Assembly: GCF_900083515.1 (NCBI RefSeq)
Contig: NZ_LT671858.1
Coordinates: 570,001 to 602,000 of the forward strand
Origin: Cuniculiplasma divulgatum
GTDB taxonomy: Archaea; Thermoplasmatota; Thermoplasmata; Thermoplasmatales; Thermoplasmataceae
DNA: 32,000 bases
Reading direction: 5' to 3'
Part shown: positions 26,497 to 32,000 of the stretch, one piece after another
Numbering within the stretch: position 1 is the stretch's first letter
How the letters are laid out: each line of letters starts with the position of its first letter
The notes under the pieces: model-generated
The model's database searches: none
Told to the model about the DNA's origin: nothing
What the model saw: only the letters and a program-made list of their open reading frames with translations
Position numbers and translations under genes: made by a program

Positions 26497-27447
26497 ATGA
26501 AAATTTATGAATCGAGTTTCACAGAGAAAAAGCTAGAAGAAATGTATAACTTGATAAAAGAGACTGATGGATCAAAAGTACAGCTTTATGCGATTTCAGT
26601 AGAGAAAAATAAAGAAAAAGAGAAGATTTGGACCGTTAATACACTTTCAATAACAAAATCTCTCGGGGATGAAATGATTGAATCTGCAAAGGGGTATCTT
26701 ATCCAAAAAAGCCAACTCAGGATAAAGGATTTCGATTTGAAGAGCGATTTGTCGCCTGAATATTTGATTGGAAAGTTAGCTGACGATCAAGTTCCTGTCT
26801 TAAATAAAATAATTAGTGAAATGAAGAGAAGTGATAATTCTCCAATTTCATATGGAGAGTTGTCAAAATCAACTCATCTTATCGGTTTTGCGATAGAAAT
26901 AGGTGAAAAAATAACTATTTTCAATAAAGTAACAAAAGCCAGATTGTTAAATCCTAAAAAATACTTATATCTTGTAGAATCCCGTACAGGGGAGCTCACA
27001 CATCTCAAAGAAAACAATTTATTATCTATACCGAATAGCATTGACGCAATTCTATATGAGGATCCTCTGTACATTTTGAACGTCAATCATTTTCTTTCTC
27101 TGTTTGATTATGGGGAGGCTTTTACAAAATTTATAGATAATGCAAAAACCAGTTTGGCCAACATAGTGGATGATGTTCAGTATGTGATTGATGAGACCTC
27201 CCCACATATAATGGAGTTCAAGCGCCTGGCTTCTGCTTGTGCTGGTTATGTAGATAGAATAGTAAGAGAAAATACTAACCTTGAGCCTATTGCAAAATCA
27301 TATAACCTTGAAATATCATTTTCCAATGGAAAGATCTCAGTAAAGAATTCAAAGCTTAAGGATATCCTCTCATTATTAAACGGACAGGCTGTGAGAGACG
27401 AACTATTCAAAGAAAAATACCTTGCTCGTGAAAAGGAGAAGGTTTGA
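26497..27447 (+). CDS. 316-aa protein, tentatively KwaB/DUF4868-like (Kiwa defence component)
   Basis: Length and sequence pattern (LIGFAIEIGEKITIFNKVTKARLL...LSIPNSIDAILYEDPLYILNVNHFLSLFDY...ISFSNGKISVKNSKLKDILSLLNGQAVRDEL) resemble my recollection of DUF4868 proteins. Not verified by any search. Confidence 0.45.
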   Translation: MKIYESSFTEKKLEEMYNLIKETDGSKVQLYAISVEKNKEKEKIWTVNTLSITKSLGDEMIESAKGYLIQKSQLRIKDFDLKSDLSPEYLIGKLADDQVPVLNKIISEMKRSDNSPISYGELSKSTHLIGFAIEIGEKITIFNKVTKARLLNPKKYLYLVESRTGELTHLKENNLLSIPNSIDAILYEDPLYILNVNHFLSLFDYGEAFTKFIDNAKTSLANIVDDVQYVIDETSPHIMEFKRLASACAGYVDRIVRENTNLEPIAKSYNLEISFSNGKISVKNSKLKDILSLLNGQAVRDELFKEKYLAREKEKV

Positions 27448-27467
27448 ACTCACTTCAATCACTTTAT

Positions 27468-28037
27468 TTAATTAGAATAGGTACGATATCCAAAAAGGAA
27501 GAAATCATCGATTATTAAGTATGCTTTAAATTGTATATTTGATTGTACTTTTTCTCTTGAAATAATTAAAATCTGTCCACCACCGCTTGTTTTTACTTTA
27601 AAGAGGAAAGGGAATTTAATTCGAACAGTTATAATTTGATAGATTAAGCTCTCTCTCAGAAAAATAGTAAAGAATAGGATACTGATGATAGGTATTAGAA
27701 GTAACACAATTAGTTCAGTAAGATAAGAAGAAGAAAATGCTGTAACATCTAAAGTCATTACTGGTAAAACCGTAATCACAATTGTCAGGATCAATGGCCA
27801 CATCTCTGAAGCTCCTTCTCTTTCTGTCAATTCAACTTTGAATAATTTTGGATTGAATTCTTTCTTATCGTTTATGAATTTTATAAAATACACATTAATC
27901 ACTATAGATAGTGCGGTTAAAATGGTAAAAACTGCTATTAGCGAATTTTCTTTTGTTAAAAATGATACGATCATTGAGGCAATAAAAATCGGTAAAGATA
28001 CTCCAACTGAGAGGATTAAATTTAATTTAAATCCCAC
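27468..28037 (-). CDS. 4-TM membrane protein with a ~60-aa soluble beta-rich C-terminal domain
   Basis: 189 aa. Hydrophobic segments at about residues 5-27, 32-54, 79-96 and 107-128. Convergent with the KwaB-like gene, stops 20 nt apart. Confidence 0.65.
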   Translation of the reverse strand: MGFKLNLILSVGVSLPIFIASMIVSFLTKENSLIAVFTILTALSIVINVYFIKFINDKKEFNPKLFKVELTEREGASEMWPLILTIVITVLPVMTLDVTAFSSSYLTELIVLLLIPIISILFFTIFLRESLIYQIITVRIKFPFLFKVKTSGGGQILIISREKVQSNIQFKAYLIIDDFFLFGYRTYSN

Positions 28038-28121
28038 TTTATCACACCATGTATATAGATGTAAACTTAGACTTTATCTTTTTCATTTTAATACTTATTT
28101 ATATATCTTCTCATTTTCAAC

Positions 28122-28328
28122 CTATAATAACTGCATTTCTTCCAGCAGCTCTTTTGCATTCTCATTAGCTATCCTGGATATCACATAATTGAATTTCTCC
28201 TCTAACATTGCTATAAGTTCCTCCTTTGTTTGTGCCTCTACTGAGAACTTCTTGAATATGTCATAATTCACATCAAGCTGATCCTTCCTTCTTGAGTTGT
28301 ATTCCTTGTTGAACGGATTTATCTTCAT
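28122..28328 (-). CDS. Small helical protein (68 aa), upstream of the 4-TM gene
   Basis: ORF on the same strand, 84 nt upstream of 28037. No motif recognised. Confidence 0.45.
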   Translation of the reverse strand: MKINPFNKEYNSRRKDQLDVNYDIFKKFSVEAQTKEELIAMLEEKFNYVISRIANENAKELLEEMQLL

Positions 28329-28605
28329 ACATACTGAGTAATTTAATGAGTTCTAAAATTTTATTGTTCAGGGCAACGAACACATCATTTATAATATATA
28401 TTAACACTCAACGTTTTTAATATCTATCTACATATTAATCTTATAAATCTCATGGGCTCAGATAATGGAACGTTCAGTTTCAATAACGATAGATGCTCTT
28501 GTTAATTGACTTATTGAGGCCTTCAAACATCCATATTCTTGGATGTCTTGGTTCCTAATATTTAAGCTACGGAAGATTAATATAAAAGCCACATCATATG
28601 TCAAG

Positions 28606-29199
28606 ATGGTAGAAGAAAAAGCAGTATCGTGTATCTTTCCGCATTCAGATATGGAATTTGGCGTAACAACAGATAGAAAATGGACTGAGAAAGAGAAAAA
28701 GAGTTTCAATAGGGGGGCGCTCAGGGGATTTTTATCGGATATACTTCCTGAAAGGGAATATGCTTATCATTATGCAATACACTATAAGATGACAGACAAA
28801 AACGAAGACAAGATTAAGGCAACATGGGAAGATCATAATAAAATGCTTTTTCCGATACCAAATCATTTAATGGCAAAGGGAACCAGAGTGTATTTCTTTT
28901 ATAAGAATGAGATTGTTGGAGATGCTATCATAGAAAAAGTGATCTATAATGATCATGAATCTGAACTTTCAGATGAATGGGATCCAGAGATTTACCCAAT
29001 TATAGTAAAATTCAAAAAAGGTAGTGTAAGGGTATTTCCGAATAATTCCATATCTGAAAAGGTTATGAAAAGGGTACTGACAGATAAAACTAACAAAACT
29101 CTCCCTATAGGTTATCCTGTTCTGACTGACATGGAAGATCAAAAACTACAAAAAGAGATAGCAAATGTTGTGAAATCTTACTCAATGGCATTCCTGTAA
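28606..29199 (+). CDS. Hypothetical protein with a PUA-like (ASCH/EVE-like) beta-barrel pattern
   Basis: GTRVYFFYKNEIVGDAIIEKV...YPIIVKFKKGSVRVFPN resembles ASCH/EVE cores. I chose ATG 28606 (MVEEK) over the track start 28543, whose first 21 codons look non-protein-like. Confidence 0.45.
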   Translation: MVEEKAVSCIFPHSDMEFGVTTDRKWTEKEKKSFNRGALRGFLSDILPEREYAYHYAIHYKMTDKNEDKIKATWEDHNKMLFPIPNHLMAKGTRVYFFYKNEIVGDAIIEKVIYNDHESELSDEWDPEIYPIIVKFKKGSVRVFPNNSISEKVMKRVLTDKTNKTLPIGYPVLTDMEDQKLQKEIANVVKSYSMAFL

Positions 29200-29486
29200 T
29201 TTCATCAACAGGATGATAGTCAGCATTTATTATACCATCTAAAGCACATTTTCTCAATTTATTTTATAAGAGCCTATATGTTCTTATTTCTAATGGATTT
29301 AAGTTCTCCATCATCTCTTTTGTTAGATTAAGTCTCATTAATCAGACTTTAGAAGAAGCCTTAGCTATTTCTAAAAATTTGTATTACAAATAGGTGTGCA
29401 ATACGCTAAATTCTTGTAATGACTTATGGAAAAGAATGATAGAAACTGTTATTATATCACTGACTATGGCTTTCTGTGGAAAAATT

Positions 29487-29636
29487 ATGACAGAAGAAAG
29501 AGCAGCGGTGTTAATTGACAACTCCTACCTAAGGAAAGAAGTTTTAGACGTTTATAAAGGAAAGCAGGGACGATTCAGATTGGATTATGTAAAATTTTCC
29601 AATTCACTATGTAGAGACATAGATGCATCACTGATC
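29487..29636 (+). pseudogene. 5' fragment (50 codons) of an NYN/LabA-like nuclease-domain gene, cut off by the IS
   Basis: MTEERAAVLIDNSYLRKEVLDVYKGKQGRFRLDYVKFSNSLCRDIDASLI fits the NYN N-terminus (hydrophobic strand, ID-x-x-N/Y, then LDY-x-K). The reading frame runs into the IS inverted repeat exactly at 29637. Confidence 0.5.
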
Positions 29637-29665
29637 TGCTCCACCAGAAATTGGAACACTTCTCT

Positions 29666-30541
29666 TCAATTTTCATCTAGTTTCACCTCAACTTCTTTCT
29701 TCTCGAATCTTTCCCTGAATGCTGAATCATTCAGGAACTTCCTCCTGAACTCCCTTAGGGGGAGATAATCAATGGATGAATGCAGCCTGCATTCATTGTA
29801 ATCTGTGAATGCCTTTTCTATCTCTATGGAAGCATCATTAAAGTTCCTAAACTCGTTTGGCCATATGTAATCTGTCTTGATTGAATTGTGGAACGACTCA
29901 ATGTCTCCATTGTCCTCAGGAGTGTGTTTCTGTATATATTCCAGCTTTATCCCCAGTAATTTCATGGCACTCCTGAACTCCTTCGAGATATACTGGGGAC
30001 CACTGTCTGTTCTGAGCACCAGGCCTTCTGGTACTGATCCATTGAATGCCAGTAGAACAGCATTCTCCACAGAACGTATGGCATCCCTTGCCATACATGA
30101 CCTGGAATAACGGTATCCCTGCCATTCCTTGGTGAAACAGTCCTTGATGCACATCAGATAGGTCATTCCCGATTCAGTGGGAATGTAAGTGATGTCAGTT
30201 TGCCAGAGCTGATCCGGACCATGAGGACGGAAGAGATTCCTGGCCTTTGTTCTACCCCTGTGCTTAAATGCAGGGAGGTTCAGGTTGTTATCCTTAAGAA
30301 CCTTCCTGACGGTCTTCTGGTTCACTTCTGTACCAGAATTACGAAGAACTGCCCACACTCTCCTGTATCCGTATGTTGTCCTTTCTGATGCAATATACCT
30401 GACCTTCTCTTTGATGGCTGGATCAAGCCTCTGAATGTATCTCTTCACAGGCTTGTAATAATATCCGGACAGTGAGATTCCGGATATTCTTGATATCTCC
30501 CTGAGAGATATCTGATCCTTCAGATCATCAATAACCATCAT
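29666..30541 (-). CDS. IS3-family transposase OrfB (DDE/rve integrase core)
   Basis: WQTDITYI (first D), LRTDSGPQYIS (second D), PEDNGDIESFHNSIK (E). 291 aa. Confidence 0.9.
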   Translation of the reverse strand: MMVIDDLKDQISLREISRISGISLSGYYYKPVKRYIQRLDPAIKEKVRYIASERTTYGYRRVWAVLRNSGTEVNQKTVRKVLKDNNLNLPAFKHRGRTKARNLFRPHGPDQLWQTDITYIPTESGMTYLMCIKDCFTKEWQGYRYSRSCMARDAIRSVENAVLLAFNGSVPEGLVLRTDSGPQYISKEFRSAMKLLGIKLEYIQKHTPEDNGDIESFHNSIKTDYIWPNEFRNFNDASIEIEKAFTDYNECRLHSSIDYLPLREFRRKFLNDSAFRERFEKKEVEVKLDEN

Positions 30542-30542
30542 T

Positions 30543-30812
30543 TTATTCTCTTGATCGTTTTTTAAAAGTGTCTATGACCAGTGACTGATCTCCTATGATC
30601 TTCTTCAGATTCTCTATCTCATCGTCCCTTGAATCAGAATTCCTTCTCTGAGCCAGTGCTGTCTTACCTCCAAGTATGAACTGTTCCCTCCACTTGCTTA
30701 ACTGAACAGGATATATGCCATGCCTCCGGCATATTTCAGCCTGTGTCACATTGTCCGTAAAGGATTCCATAACTATCTGGAACTTCTCTTCAGCCGAATA
30801 TTTTGATTTCAT
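30543..30812 (-). CDS. IS3-family transposase OrfA (HTH, Transposase_8-like)
   Basis: YSAEEKFQIVMES...VTQAEICRRHGIYPVQLSKWREQF followed by a leucine-zipper-like tail. Its stop is 1 nt before the orfB ATG. Confidence 0.85.
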   Translation of the reverse strand: MKSKYSAEEKFQIVMESFTDNVTQAEICRRHGIYPVQLSKWREQFILGGKTALAQRRNSDSRDDEIENLKKIIGDQSLVIDTFKKRSRE

Positions 30813-30916
30813 GAAAAAACCTCTATGATTTGATAAACCGCTTTTTGCATGCTCTCCCTGTATCTGTTCTTCTCTATAATATTATTATCATGGTGTTCCA
30901 GTTCTATGATGGTGCA

Positions 30917-31931
30917 GGTCAATGCAATAACATTCACAGAATCAGGATTACCACCAGATTCATCATGGATATTAACATTCAATAATGTAGAATACACATT
31001 AACAAACACATCATACACATTCCATGTAATCAATGGATCGTACTCATATCATGCAACATCAACAGATTACATGAACATATCTGGATCTGTATTAGTATAA
31101 GGTTCAAACAAACAGGTTAATCTATTATTCAGCTTGCAAATGTACGCATTAACATTTAATGAATCAGGATTACCCCAAGGATCAACATGGTATGTAAATC
31201 TATCAAATGGTATGAAGTCTGGAGCAGTATCAGGATCATACTACTCCTTTACGATAACCAATGGATCATACTCATATTCCATATCAACAACAGACAAGAT
31301 CTACGAACCAAATCCATCTTCAGGTTTATTAAAAGTGAATGGTGCATCTGTATCAGAACCAATAACATTTTCAAAGGTATTATACACAGTAACATTCAAA
31401 GAATCAGGATTACCATCCGGAATATCATGGTATGTAAAAGGTGCTGGATCAGGCAATGCTCCAGCAGGTTCTCCCATAACATTCTTATTGACCAATGGAA
31501 CATACAGATTCATAATCGCAAACACAACTGCATATTATACAACAACAGAACAGTTCTCAATAACCATGAATGGAAGGAACATCACAGAGACAGTCACATA
31601 TCTCCACTATTCATACATAACAGGAAAGATATCACCATCAGACGGAAAAGTTACAGTAAATGGTCATAAGGTAACGCTGTCTCCCACAGGATCATTGAAC
31701 CTGTCAGTGGCAGCAGGTTCCTACAACGTGATCATCTCTGCAAAGGGATACAGAACATATTATGACAATATCACGGTTACCAATGGAAAAAGCGTAAACA
31801 TAACATATGATCTTAAGAAGATCTCAAAACCAGGACTATCACCCATAGAATCAATAGCAATAGCGTCTGGAATCATAGGATCTGCTGCAGTGATTGGCGT
31901 AGTTGTATATGTATTCAAATTCAGGAAGTAA
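30917..31931 (+). pseudogene. Decayed repeat-rich surface protein gene (5' truncated by the IS, one in-frame TAA), C-terminal TM anchor
   Basis: One frame is continuous from the IS junction to 31931 apart from TAA 31098-31100. Three (I/L/V)TFxESGLPxxxxW repeats with many N-x-S/T sequons, a PEGA/CarboxypepD_reg-like module, then IAIASGIIGSAAVIGVVVYVF-KFRK. Confidence 0.6.
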
Positions 31932-32000
31932 AAAAGGTCCATCATTCATTCCTGAATAACAAATACCAGTCACTGAAAGGCAACACACACTGCATACTTA

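Larger units (their letters stand above)
29637..30916 (-). mobile_element. IS3-family insertion sequence (1280 bp), two ORFs
   Basis: Imperfect terminal inverted repeats: TGCTCCACCAGAAATTGGAACAC (29637-29659) against the reverse complement of 30892-30916, TGCACCATCATAGAACTGGAACACC. TG...CA termini. orfA (HTH) plus orfB (DDE). Flanks ATC / GGT show no target duplication. Confidence 0.75.

Noticed and set aside
29394-29768. Track ORF 29394..29768 (+), 124 aa
   Set aside because: It is a chimera. Only codons from ATG 29487 to 29636 look like a real (NYN-like) gene. The upstream part has no coding character, and the part after 29637 is antisense to the IS orfB 3' end.
30546-30566. Possible IS3-type programmed -1 frameshift at the A6 run near the end of orfA
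   Set aside because: orfB is in the +1 frame, not the -1 frame, relative to orfA. A -1 slip on AAA AAA reads ACG ATC AAG AGA ATA AAA TGA and stops, so no OrfAB fusion results.
30849-30916. Apparent start codon and signal peptide of the surface-protein ORF 30849..31100
   Set aside because: These 68 nt fall inside the right inverted-repeat end of the IS, so they are not the native N-terminus of the gene. I kept this only as a chimera note.
31187-31669. Track ORF 31187..31669 (+), 160 aa, in an alternative frame of the surface-protein gene
   Set aside because: Its Ile/Arg/Asn-rich translation has no features, whereas the main frame shows three clear domain repeats and a TM anchor.
1-32000. CRISPR arrays, rRNA genes, further tRNAs
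   Set aside because: A scan by eye for regularly spaced 25-40 bp repeats and for tRNA-like T-arm motifs (GTTCRAAT) found only the tRNA-Trp and its att copy. The 31-bp repeat pair has just two copies with a 60-nt non-unique spacer context, so it is not an array.

Overview
AT-rich euryarchaeal chromosome segment. PolD small subunit, ribosomal protein L41e and a box C/D-bearing tRNA intron mark it as archaeal. Bacterial-type gyrase, cytochrome bd and TFxESGLP-repeat surface proteins suggest Thermoplasmatales (inference). It has four parts. (1) 1-16.3 kb is an ordinary core block: merA-like 3' end, orphan Dam-like methylase, gyrB-gyrA, homoserine dehydrogenase, UbiA/UbiD pair, RHH protein, cydAB with an upstream membrane protein, EamA transporter, PolD small subunit, an L41e gene missing from the ORF track, and a membrane protein. 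(2) A tRNA-Trp(CCA) gene (16285-16425) is split by a 68-nt intron laid out as a box C/D guide RNA aimed at positions 34 and 39 of its own tRNA. Its 3' 21 nt recur exactly at 24576-24596, bounding an ~8.2-kb integrated plasmid/provirus-like element. That element carries two convergent AbrB-like genes, PrimPol, a P-loop helicase, small Zn-finger/Sm-like/wHTH genes, repeat-rich ori-like DNA and an intact tyrosine integrase. (3) Directly after attR lies a very AT-rich ~5-kb island (24.6-29.6 kb) of uncharacterised genes. It holds a double-wHTH regulator, a 321-aa unknown, a remnant of a second regulator copy, a 316-aa protein I read as KwaB/DUF4868-like, a convergent 4-TM protein, a small helical protein, a PUA/ASCH-like protein and a truncated NYN-like gene. 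This island is my best candidate for an undescribed defence-type system (atypical, archaeal Kiwa-like). (4) A 1.28-kb IS3-family element (29637-30916) has imperfect TG..CA inverted repeats and no target-site duplication, and sits between two unrelated truncated genes. It is followed by a decayed repeat-rich surface protein gene with one in-frame stop. No CRISPR array or rRNA was seen. All homology calls come from motif recognition by eye and were not checked against any database.
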